From the NCBI GenBank assembly GCA_965637545.1, contig OZ281495.1, positions 23,002,001 to 23,066,000 on the forward strand: a DNA stretch of 64,000 bases, given 5' to 3'. Origin of the DNA: Phallusia mammillata. Its lineage: Eukaryota. Each line of letters opens with the position of its first letter. Within the stretch, counting starts at the first letter, position 1. Shown piece after piece: positions 12,401-23,696 of this stretch. The translations under genes were made by a program, and so were the position numbers. The notes beneath the pieces are model-generated. The model was not told the origin of the DNA. It saw nothing but the letters and a program-made list of their open reading frames with translations, and ran no database searches.

Positions 12401-15400
12401 CGAAACAATTGTGAAATTCGACCAAGCTCAAACAGCGAGCCTTTCTCACGAAACACAGAAATACATTTGGCGATCGCTGCGCAACGGCAGTTTTGCTGTA
12501 CAAAATGCGTGGGCTTTTGGCCACAACTTTGCCGTAAGCAAATAAAGGATCTTTGGGGAGTTTCGAAACCCAACAACTGGGTCAACTTTTAACCTTCGGC
12601 AGCTATCAGCCCTGTGACGTTACACAGGTTGTCGTCTCTTAAAGTGGGTGGAATATAGGGGACGTTTGTACGTTAGGTATGGGTATGGCATAAAATGACT
12701 GTACAAAACCGTTTTTCGTATTTTAGGAACCAGCAACAAACCAATCCAGAATCTACAGAGAAGGTTCAATCCCAAAACAAGTATTCACGAACGATTCTCT
12801 TTACAGAGTCGCAACCTGAATTACACTGTGGCCGATGTTGTATTACATTTCGCGTATATTGTTGTACGAAGCCGCAAAGGTTGATGTTGATCTGGTCAAA
12901 AATAAACCGTTACGCACACTTGGGAACTATACACGCCCGACTGGCGGTCATTCAACACCGCAAAAACATAGATACAATCCCGACACAACACCAAAACACA
13001 GAACAAGCTCTGACGCACGAAAAAGCTTGAGCAATTGAGCGCGTACGGACAGGTTAGAAGGTGGAACGCTGGGTGTGTCATTTGTGTGTGCGCTGGGTAC
13101 ACAAGCCTTGCGCTCCATGAATGAAATTTAAAGGCACCGTATAGGGTCAAAGGATAAACGCGGGGGCACGCAGCAAATCAAATCGACCTGATAGCGGACG
13201 CGTGCTGGCAAATAGTAAGCCTGGTTAAGATGTAACCAATTGCGTCGGACAAGTTTCGGGGTTTAGCTAACCTGGTGCAATGTTTGCTGAACCGGCTCTT
13301 GTGGTATTTTGCAATAAATAGTTTTAAATGAAATACAATACGAGTTATTTTTACAATTAAAGCCTATAACAGCAGGTCCATCGATGGTAACTGATTCTTT
13401 ATATCAGCAAAATCCGCAAACACCGCGTGCAGCCCATTTTCAAACATAAAACTGTGCTTTTACAGAAATCGTCCTGAACCAAAGTGTCCCCATTACAGAC
13501 GATTCAAATTACGGATAAGAATCGATATTATTTACATTACATCGTAAAACGAAAATCACACACTGATTAAAGTGTACTGAAAGCTTCAGTTTGCCATTTT
13601 CAAACATATTCAACGGGTAAACAAAAATTTACCTAAGATTGAAATGCTGTGTATATAACTCAGTAACGAATAACAACCAAACCAACAAAACAATCTTGCC
13701 ACTTAATTTTTGAAACAACACACGGTATGAATTTTACGTAGGTTCATAGGATTCCTTGCAGTATTTAATCGAATCAACATTGCGTACATCCGAGACAATA
13801 CTTGAACATTAAGATTGTACGACAATAATCGCGCTTGTTTGTAGCTAGACACAGGAAAGTATGAGACTAATGTACAACCGACAAAAATACTCTTAAACAC
13901 AAATTGACATCAAATAAGATTGTAGCAATACTTCAAGCCATTGGACGTCACACAGAAATTGCTTCGCCGACCCCAGTTTCAAAACCAATGATTTGTTTGA
14001 GTGTTATCAGTTCCTTATTTAAACTGAGTAACGTTTGAACAACAAAGCATGTCGCTTTTTACGTCTATTTGTGCCGTTATTTTCCTCATTAAACTTATGA
14101 GTAGATCCGTATATAGTGTTCTAAACAGAGAAATATTCTAGTTCTATCTTCTGGTCATGTCGCTTTTGTCGCGTTTTTTTTTGTCCGGCTATGCATTATT
14201 CACCAACGCAAGATCGCAGTATATTTTTGTAACATGCAGCAAGGAGTTGAGGTACTTAGGGTCAACCGATTACGTAACACTTATTACGGCGCAAGCTTTC
14301 ACTGGCAGTCGGCGACACAATCAAATCACGTGGAAATGTCATTTGCGCAACATTTCCTGGACACGAAGGGCTTGTCAGTCGAGCACGAAGCAAGCTGAAG
14401 CTGATACACGCGGTTGTGAGAAAAAGACCCGATGCCGTCGAGTTTAAACGCTTATCCCACTGTCACTATGTAGTTGCACAAAATATGTTACATGTCGAAC
14501 CAAACATTGTAAAACTTCAGCCTTTTGTAAAAACACACTTATGTACAAAATTTTGCAAACTTTTTTGGAAAATTGGATAATGCTGTGGAGACATTATAAC
14601 CTGAATTAAAATTTGTTGAAGGTCAAGCGTTTCGAAACAGATTTGTATTAAAATTGTAAAAGCAAAGACGTGTTATGGCATACGAAACACAACGCACAAT
14701 GGGCATTAAGAGCTCTGTATATTTAACCAAAAAATAGTCAGGGTAAAATTCTGCAGCAGTTGCATAGCATCATGCACATCAAACTGCTTGCTCAATTAAG
14801 CTCCATATCAGATTTTGTTAAATTTCTGCGCAGACTGGTGCCCTCGGAAAACGGGCATCATTAACTTCAAATAGGAAATTGTTTCACTGCATGGGAGAAA
14901 TGTCAGGCAAATGAGCTCATGCGCTGCATGCTTGGCAAAACAACATCAGTCATTACAAAACTTGGCGTCAATGAAATTTGAGGAAAACACCATACATGGT
15001 ACATGTGTGCTTTCAATCTGCTATGAACTAGTCGAATTATTCAATTATTCAATCATTCAAACAGTTGTGAATAAATATAATACCACTTACCAGAATAACA
15101 ACTATGGCAATGCATGCTATAGGCACAAGAATAGCGACCACCAGTGATGGAGCATCAGAAACAGGCGACTCTGTTGCACTTTCACCAGTGTCAAACACTT
15201 CATGTTCATTGTAGCTTGGATTAACTCCTCGCAATTCGGGTACAAAATCTTGTTTTCTGCCCTGTAATTTAAAAATGTATTGAATATTTATCTAACATTA
15301 CATAAATTTCAACAGCAAATTCATGAATTTGAACAGCATCCTCAATGCCCTCAAATCATTGCTTTTATTGACTTGAAATAATTACACATATATATTTCCC

Positions 15401-15543
15401 ACAATAAGCAAATACTAAACACTGGTATGTTAATGTACATTTAAACTAATACCTACATTAATGCTTGAAAAGTTGAACTGATTCACTTCAAAACTGTTGG
15501 ACATGTTTGAAAAAACTTCATTCTGTTGACCATGTGTCACCAT
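407..15543 (-). CDS. PTPRR: KIM-family receptor-type tyrosine phosphatase (PTPRR/PTPN5/PTPN7-like); 3' part of the catalytic domain lies beyond the left edge
   Basis: Frame-consistent GT-AG exons 15543-15457, 15261-15091 (TM SLVVAILVPIACIAIVVIL), 4747-4569, 4248-3998, 2204-2081, 1710-1627, 1298-1114, 594-407. Spliced product contains the KIM GLLERRGSNVALTI and PTP motifs EFWEIPMN, HGTKNRYRTILPNEHSRVVL, STYINANYVR and AFIATQ. Exact vertebrate paralogue cannot be assigned; start codon is less certain than the internal exons. Confidence 0.9.
1627..2204 (-). CDS. PTPRR: Kinase-interaction motif (KIM) exons of the phosphatase
   Basis: Exon 2204-2081 ends GGG CTC TTA GAA AG|gtaac; exon 1710-1627 starts A AGA GGA TCA AAT GTT GCG TTG ACA ATT. 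Together GLLERRGSNVALTI, matching the MAPK-docking KIM (GLQERRGSNVSLTL) with the PKA-site serine. Confidence 0.9.
9975..10395. mobile_element. Non-autonomous hAT-type MITE (421 bp)
   Basis: TIRs CAGCGGTTCCCAAACT / AGTTTGGGAACCACTG; exact 8-bp TSD CCTTAAAG at 9967-9974 and 10396-10403. Confidence 0.92.
11090..11133. mobile_element. Orphan hAT-like terminal sequence (truncated MITE end)
   Basis: Ends ...TTTGCGAAACCCCTG (reverse complement CAGGGGTTTCGCAAA), similar to the TIRs of the other hAT MITEs; no partner TIR or TSD found. Confidence 0.35.
12312..12819 (+). CDS. Possible small nested gene, antisense within the phosphatase intron (unknown product, ~104 aa in the simplest model)
   Basis: Acceptor ctgctttcag at 12280, ATG at 12312, 74 open codons (MYRRCYDCGHCFPRH...AWAFGHNFA) ending at GCC|gtaagc (12533). 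Acceptor cgtattttag at 12726 continues in frame to TGA at 12817-12819. No recognised homology. Confidence 0.35.
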
Positions 15544-17548
15544 TGTTGTGTGCCAAATGTACAGTTGCTTCAGTCATAAATTAACAGTGACACACAAAGA
15601 TTAAACCTATAAACATTAACTCTTCACACATAAGAACAATATTTCTTATCAGCGTAACACAGAAACAGTGAAAATTAATGCAACAGCTTGTTGGATTGCA
15701 TATATTTGATTACTATGAACCTTACAACACAATTGATCAACTGTTTTCTGCCATAAAGGTACATTTCTTAATGTCTTAAAGTGGCATCTTAACTGATATT
15801 AGGTACTGAGTAGTTTTATTTTACTAGTCTACACCAAGCCACAATGGTGACATTTTAACAGTAATCTTTTAACCAAACAAAAACTTTAAATCTGGTATTC
15901 TGGTTTAACACAACTGAAAAACAAAACTGTGATTAATGTTTTAGCAATTTCACAATACCATTTTCCAACCAACATTTTTTCATACATTTATCAGGCACTA
16001 AACTAAAAACTGTTCTTAACTGGGCCCTACCATGCAAAATTTGTACATTTTTGATTGCCACACCAATTTACAACTTGCAATATTTTTAAACTGACACATA
16101 CAAAAATACGTTTTAGTTTTCTGAAAAATTTGAGTAATTGCTGGTATATATTTTTATCATTTTGCTAAACTAGCCATGTTTTGAAATGTCTTGCAACTGC
16201 AATATTTTGCTGTCAAAATCATTATTCACAAATAACACAAACAAGATGCAAACCAGCAAGATATCTTTAATCATTAAAATTGATATTAGCAGCCATGTCA
16301 TCGCACTGGCTGCAGCCCTGACGTGACAAAAGTCAACTAGATTTTGATTGGGCAAGTGTTTTGACTTTTGAGCTTTTTACGTTTTGCCCATTGAACAAAA
16401 TTGGATAACGTTTCACACACATTCAAAACAACTTGGTTTTAGGTCTCGGCCATTGTGTCATGAATCTGTGTGAAACTAAGGGGGATTTTCCGCCAAGTCT
16501 GTTTTCGAGAACTCTCAAAAATTATAAATTAAAACAGGCCTGTTCGACAACGTTTAAAACTATTAGTTTATTATTATTAGCAAGGATGGTATTATTTACC
16601 TCTGCCTTTAGATAACACAGCAGAAACTAAACATAGCTTTTTTGCAAAACAACTTTCGATGACAACATAGCCTACGCCTCTCCTCAATTAGCCTACCCAG
16701 ATGCAACGTTTACATGCCCTCTTTTTTGCATTTACTCTTTGAACTATTCGCAAAGTATACTAAAACAACTATTAATTCGTGCAGCCCACCAAACGTGTAC
16801 TTGTTGTGTTGATGCACAACAACAATTTTATAATGTTGGATAAGAACGGCAAACATTTTAAGGAAACAAGTTTAGGCCTACCTTTGAAACTTATCTTTCC
16901 TAATCCACAAAACGCAGTTCGCGCGTACATTATCAGCAAAACAGACCCTACGAATGCAAATTGGAGTTATTTTTCAACGATTGTTGTGAGACTAATAGCG
17001 TAATTCTACTCGTGACAAATGTTTCCCGTAATTTCTATTTCCCAACAAGGAACTAACTTCTCTTCACCGAAGGAAGTCCCGAGATGATAAATCGTGTAAG
17101 TCGTTTTCTGGCGGGTAAAATTGTCTGCGCTGGAATAAGGTGGTGTAATCTCGAAATGATTGCGCTGTTTTCTCAAAACGTTATTCTCACATTAACAGAA
17201 AAACTAAGATCGCGTCACTTGCAATGGGAAACTAAATGTTCGTTCCCATCAGAAGTATAAAAAATTACTACAATATCCCTTCTACTACTTTTAAACAAAC
17301 ACTTGGGTTACAAAAATGTATTTCAAACTGTCCAAAAAGAGGCAAATAACATTCAGGCACAATAATAGTGTGGAAAACATAGTGTCTGTTCTTGTGTGGC
17401 ATATATGTTTAGAAGCCTAGTTTTAATTTGCATTGGTCGCAAGTTTGCTATAACATGGTGTGTTGCGCAAACTTTCGCAAAATTATCATATGCATACAAA
17501 AACAATAGGAACTTGAAGAAATTGCAGTATAGTGGGAAAGTCTCAAAA

Positions 17549-20500
17549 TTATGTGAGAGGTAAAAACACAGCCATGATGACCAACGCGGCAATAGTTATG
17601 AGCAAAAATATACTGGTAACTGCTATAGGAATGCGATAGCGATCGGCAGTTTGTACGATTTTTCTGTAAGAGCCACGTTGCTTAACGATGCTAAAGTCCA
17701 AACCAGCTTCAATATCAGGTTCAGCTTGGGCACTTTTGGAAAGTAAGTCTGGTGACAGCACTAATTCATGCTGCTTGTAGCTATGACTCTGAATAGTTGC
17801 TTGACTGCCTTGCTCAACTTCACCATAACTTCCCAAACTTGTGTGACGGACGTGAACTTGCTGTGACTTTACTTTTATGACAGCCACGGATGAAAGTTTA
17901 CTTGATGCTGATGTCTTTTTACTCGTAGCCTGGGAAATTTCTGGGTCTGTTGATGTGCAAACTTTGTCCATATTGTCAATAATTTTCGAGATGTCCGCTG
18001 CGAGGGTCTTTTCAGTGGAAGCAAAATGTTCTCTTTGATTTTTGTGGTCATTTGCGAGTTCAGAAGGTGTCCTAGTTTTGTCATGGCTAGGTTGTGATTG
18101 GCCAGTTTTTGTCTGGCCTTTAAGGGATGAGCGAGACGATGTCGAAGATGATCTGCGGCGCAAATGGTGAGGAGTCTGCAACGAAACCATTCGCAGAGGT
18201 GTAATCACTTGATCAGTGACAGAAACGCTTTCTCTGAAGCTTTTTCGTGACAAGCTTGGCGATGAAGACGGGGTTGAGGATAAGGTAGCTTTTGTCATGA
18301 GCTGCGGGCTGCCACGGCTAATTCCCACGGTAGGCGGGAAGTTAATCATCACTTCGTCACTGCAATGCATATTAGTGGATGCCGCTGCAACCACATCGCT
18401 GTCGCTCAAATCAAGCTCCTTGAATAGTTTTCTGTTCAACGAAGTTGGTTGCTGGTCAATAACACCGCAGGATGTGGGAGAAACGTAGTCCTTGTAGAAG
18501 GTAAACGGTTTCAATACTTTTACTTTGGTACCAGAAGATGGATATTCAAAGGTAGACTGCTGTGTGTACGAGCCGAATGTGATGTTTTCGTATGAAGATT
18601 CAACAGGTTGGTTGCTCGCATCGCCAGGACTTGCAAATGAAAGTGCGACATCCGACCTTTCAAGACGAGAAACAGGGACTTCTGTGTTTATCTTTTGGCT
18701 GACTCTGTCTTGTCTTGTATCCGTTTCCACTTGGTCCGTATCCTCAGCCGCCCCTTCGTCCAGTTCGTCGACGAACGCTGTATGATACAGTAGCGAACCA
18801 ATGTCGTCATCAGCAGTGACGTCATATGCCGTGTAATATTCGTTTTCGCTGGTCGTGTAACTTTCGGTACCCGTTGATTCGCGACTGTTAGCTGTAAAAA
18901 ATGACGGAATGTGTTAAATACATTGTATATCTTTACCTGAATTTAGAAATCAAAAATAGTTTTTTTTTTAGTTTTTTTTTTCCACGGGGTTCGAACCCAG
19001 GACTCTCCCGGGGACGAATCCCGAATCCCGATCAGTTTTTTTTATGTCTGTATATGGGTCAGGCGCGCCAGACCGTTCGGCCAAGTTCCAGTTTTGCGAA
19101 TTGAACTCTGTCATTGAGCTTTGCTGCCTCATGTGGTTATTTCTATACAACCAAAGTTGCCTGTTAGGCCTTTGTCTTGTGCCCTTTGTTAAGCAATAGT
19201 GTTGTTAAGTTCAGACAAACACGTATTATCCTGACAAATAATATTGTGACAATGTCCTAACTGAAAAAACTTGAACTTGGGAGTAGGCAAGGAGTAGACT
19301 GAAAACATAACCAAAATTTACCGTTCAAATCTGATAAACTGGCATGCGAGTCATCCATTGACAGCTTTGTTTTTCTGACTCTTTTTCCATCTTTCTTTGT
19401 GTCGTCCAATCGCTTTTTTACCGGCGTCTGATCTAAAGTATCGACGACCACCATATCACCTATCTGGAAAACAATTGTAATTGCTGATAAATATTACACA
19501 TTATTAACTGAATTTTCTATAGTTTTCTTAATTATGTTTTTAGACAAAAGTTTTGAGCTATTTTACCTCCGTCAATTTCACTTTTTTATATCCAGCGACT
19601 CGTACACCGAGCCGTTTGCGTGGCTTTTTGAAAACCAGCGAAAAATGCTTGTACACCATTTTAACTTGTAACACTTAACTCAACACTGTAATACAATGGG
19701 AACTATTTCAAATTAACCCTAGTCTAAGATTTGCATAGCTTTTGTACCTCTTCGGTGACGACCTTCTTTCTTTTTCGCTCGTCTGGTACTTGGTCGATCA
19801 CAACCATATCTTCCTAGAATGAGAAACAATAGATAAATGAATTGTGTCACCCCAGGCGTTCTGCAGCAATCGAACCTCGCCAACATGCAAATCGCCTTTA
19901 TCGTAGATAACATCTTTTCAATGCGTGCATGGTTTACAGTTAATAACAAAAACAGTCTAGCGGCAAATGGACTTCAAAAACACAAACAAAAGCCAAGCGA
20001 AAAAAATCGAAAAAGCAACGTATCATGAAAAACAAACTGTTCCAGCCAAACAACAAAAAACAAACAAATTTTCTTTTTTTTCTTTCTTGTTTTTAAGTCC
20101 AAATTCGTTAGCAATGGACGTCTTAAGTTGTTTATGGCGTTGGACAAAAATTAGCACTATAAGCACGAAATTCATTATTATATTATTTGCATGTGCCCTA
20201 TATTTTACGTTTTAGTTCAGTTAAAAGTGTTTGCATATTGTTAGATAATATAAACCACTGGTAACAAACATCTTAAAGCGCGCATCGCGCTATCAGGAAG
20301 GATAACAGTCAAAAGGTTAGACACATAATTAAATATCACAAAATAGCTGTACAGCCAAATACATACCTGCTCTTGCATAGAAACGTTTCCCAACCTTTCC
20401 TCTAACAAATGCGTCCTTTTTTGGTTGCTTTTCATTTTCCCTAAATTATATGAATTGTACTGTATTTCCATTTTGCAATGTTTACTTCAATACCAAACGC

Positions 20501-21693
20501 AACTTACGCATTGTGGTGCTGTTTTTCTCGGGTAAGTCTTCAGGTGTTGTGCCACTCGATAGCGAAACGTCAACCTAATTAAATAATAAGTTTGTTATTT
20601 AGATAATATTTAGATTACAAGAAATATTGCACGATTTGTTGTTTTAAGAACTATAATCGGATAACGATTTGTTAACAGTCTGTAAACGGTGTCTTTAGAA
20701 GTGTAATCAGTTCCACCTGTTCAATACAGCTGCTTTTTACAAATATACGCAACGCTCTGTTTACGAAGTTGTTTGCTGCAAGGTAAGGTGCAACAGACTA
20801 TAATCACAATATAAGAAAAGTCGCCATTTTATATTACGTCAATTGAAAGTGAAAAAACACAAGTGTAATAGATTGTAGGAAATCTCCAACAGCGGCCGGC
20901 GGCGCAACGATTAATGTAAACATCCCATCTGAAGGTGAAAATTCCACGACCACGCAAAATCGAAATAAATATCAACAAATAAATACCAACCTGTGGCTGC
21001 TTGTCTGTTTCCTGCAACGTAGTAATCTTGATTGCAGTTTTGATCGCGGTACGTCTCCTGTGCACGAACAAGTTTTTACTGGTTTAGGATTTGTGTTTTA
21101 ATGCGTACTAATGTTTCAAACGTCTGAATTGTAGCCGCAATCCAGTTGTCTTCTTAAATATACTAAACACCAGAGCAGTTTTGAAAAAAGAAGTCTTCTT
21201 ATTTGCATGCGTAAGAATCAAGTTTGCTGATTATATTTCAGTGCACGTGCCATTATGCAAATGATAAGGGGAGAGCGCTTAATTGGCAAATAACAAGTGC
21301 CCCTACGATAAACTCTCATTTGGCAGACACGTGACCACGCATGCGCAGGTAACAATGATAGTTGTTTGCGGTCGGGCGGCTACTATCTCCGTTTTTCAGC
21401 GACCTATCAATGATACACATTGCGTATCTCTAATGACCCAGCGGGTACTGACGCCTTTTCTTGCTCACTGCTTAGATGTAAACATGTTTGTTTCAAAACC
21501 GTTACGTCCAACACAAAAATTTTAGCTTGTATTTTCAGACCAAGAAACGTTCTTGACAGAGACAAATGCTACATATAAGTTATACGTAAACTACACCAAA
21601 AACACAATTCTAATGTGTTGTGACACAAAATGTTATTTTGGTGATATATTACGTCAGCGAATAAACTTACCGTTCAAGAAATTTTTCATCCAT
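17549..21693 (-). CDS. Uncharacterised ~612-aa Ser/Thr/Lys-rich tail-anchored membrane protein
   Basis: Eight phase-consistent exons: 21693-21671, 21057-20991, 20574-20508, 20440-20367, 19813-19748, 19623-19567, 19463-19322, 18891-17549. In-frame TAA upstream of the ATG. C-terminal hydrophobic segment IPIAVTSIFLLITIAALVIMAVFLPLT-stop preceded by basic residues. Confidence 0.85.
18962..19090 (-). repeat. tRNA-derived SINE or tRNA pseudogene (Leu-like head) with A-rich tail
   Basis: Minus strand: A-box-like TGGCCGAACGGTCTGGCGCG, B-box GGGTTCGAACCCC, then A10-CT-A9 tract. Acceptor stem does not pair, so not a functional tRNA. Confidence 0.5.
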
Positions 21694-22379
21694 GTGTCTT
21701 TTTTTTTACTTTCTCATGCCCCTGTTAAACTGACAAGATCTCAAATGAGGTTACAATGTTCCCACAAAAATATCCTAGGAAATATTCGACTAAACTATTT
21801 CTCATCTCTGTCTAAAAAGCCGATTATTTGTTAGAACTTAGTGTTAATTATTTCTAAACTTGCTGCAATATACACTCAACCATTCGCAAAAGGGTTAAGC
21901 TGTAGGCCTATATGTTTTTATTTTGTTACACGATGAGCATTTACTTCTGCAATCGGGGATGATTCGAATATAGTGATTACTATTGGTGGTGGCTAAAATG
22001 TAGTTTAGTTTGGCTTAAGTAATTTATGCACTGAAGGGGAACGTTACTGCATGCATATGTGCGGCCACTGCTGTAAACGCCCCTTTTCCAATCTTGAAGA
22101 TATGTGAAGTCAATCAAACTTTAAATGTAGAATCTCTAATCTACATTACTTCAAAGTTTAAACAAATATGTTTGGGGACGTTACTGTAACCTAGTAGGCT
22201 GTAGCTATAGTACTGATGTCGAAATTAGTGATCCTATTCTTTGCAACGTAAAATCGAAAAAAAAACGCTTTGGTGCAGTGTGTTAGAGCGGTGCTAGAAG
22301 AACAAGTTTGGAAAAATTAGGTTCGATCTATAACTTTTGTTTGTGCGATACAAAAAATTAAAACTCACTTTGATGACTC

Positions 22380-22935
22380 GAGCTTACGCAACCAATTTGG
22401 AAATGACTTGCAAACGTTACTCCAAGTTTTGCTTAGTGAAAAATCGCCGAGCACACCCACTAACACTCATCTTTTACATTTAAAACTTTGTTATTGTTAA
22501 TCAGGTTTCTTCAATAAAACAACAACATATTTCAGCTGGCGAACTGTGCCTGGTCTAGCTTCACTTGCGTTACAGAAAACTACCCACTCTCTTATCTTGA
22601 CTATTAGAGCGTGTCAAACCATGTTTTTAGCAAGTTGCCAGTGGTATGCAGCGAAACAATGTTGCAACGGTTTTTGATTGGCCCCTTTTTGTAAGCGTGT
22701 TCGCTTTACAATACGAAGCCAAGGCTATAGGTATTGTAAAATATGATAATCCATTCTTTTGTTGCCGAATGCCAATAGCGAAGTTCGAACTTGTTTAAGT
22801 TTGTTTGTTGCTAATTGGAGAAGGTCCGTAAAACATCTCACATGACAAAAGTGTAGCCTACAACGGATAACACTTGATTTGATATCCAATTTGATCGGAT
22901 AAACTACTCACGGACGGTCTTTCCTGGCAACCCTG
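22380..22935. promoter_or_regulatory. Putative bidirectional promoter between the tail-anchored gene and CLAMP/SCAPER
   Basis: Divergent gene arrangement; outward-facing GTAAGC donors on minus (22387) and plus (22691); reverse CCAAT at 22677-22681; RFX X-box-like CTTTCCTGGCAAC at 22919-22931. Confidence 0.4.
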
Positions 22936-23079
22936 CGAAGAACATTATTGTTGGTTTCATCAATCTATTTATTGTTGTGGTATATATTTTTTGGTTTCAA
23001 ATAAATTTCTCTTTTCGCAAATAAATTTTGAAAATTAATTACCCAAACGTTCTGTATTAAAGCGTGGGAAAATCTTTGT

Positions 23080-23575
23080 GTGCCAACGGCCCCAAGAAAA
23101 TTTTTTTGTTTTGTTTTATTGCCCTCTCGTGGATTAAAGCACATAGCGACAGTTTTGCTAAAGCAAACTTCGGTTGAAAGTTATGAAAACGAATTTGATG
23201 TAAACAAGTCCAAACTTGAAGTATTTTATGTTGATAAAGCGCACCGAATGCATAATTTGGCAAGATAATTACGGCTGTTTAAGTGACGTGATTTATGAAT
23301 GTAGTTGCACCTGGCAATCGTCCATTGTGCCAGATTGGAAAGAATGGCCTGCGCGGAGGATTTATCCTCCGCGCAATATTTTATGCTTTCGTATAATTTT
23401 GTGTGTTCTATTAATCCGTACATATTAAACCAATTACAAGTTTGCTTGCGTAAAACTTTGGGTTCAAAAATCACACAGCTGATTGTGTCCAAATTTATAA
23501 GTAAGTTTGAATCGTTCAAAATTAAATAGGGTCTGTAGACTCTGCACCTGCTCGCTGCTCTGTAGTCTGTAAGAC
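23080..23575 (+). mobile_element. Decayed Penelope-like retroelement fragment (GIY-YIG endonuclease region)
   Basis: Broken frames give ...LSDVIYECSCTWQSSIV...ARRI and FKIK*GL*TLHLLAAL*S. These resemble, with the expected spacing, the PLE pattern SNVIYxFSCxCxSxYVGxTxxRLxxRI and FSILxxGxxxxHLxALEA as I recall it; multiple stops and frameshifts. Confidence 0.5.
23351..23374. repeat. Perfect GC-rich inverted repeat
   Basis: GCGCGGAGGAT-TT-ATCCTCCGCGC: 11-bp arms with a 2-nt spacer. Confidence 0.9.
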
Positions 23576-23696
23576 AATATTTTTGAAATTTATGTGTTTC
23601 AAATTTTTTTCCTTTATTAATTGTTTAATGAAACCCTAACATCAGAATTTCATTGATATTGTTGATGTTTCAGAAACTTATAGAACATGAATTAAA

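Noticed and set aside
16170-16355. Hydrophobic minus-strand ORF as the phosphatase signal-peptide exon
   Set aside because: Only a weak donor (TTT|gtgaat) and a weak downstream acceptor would connect it in frame; not supportable without cDNA.
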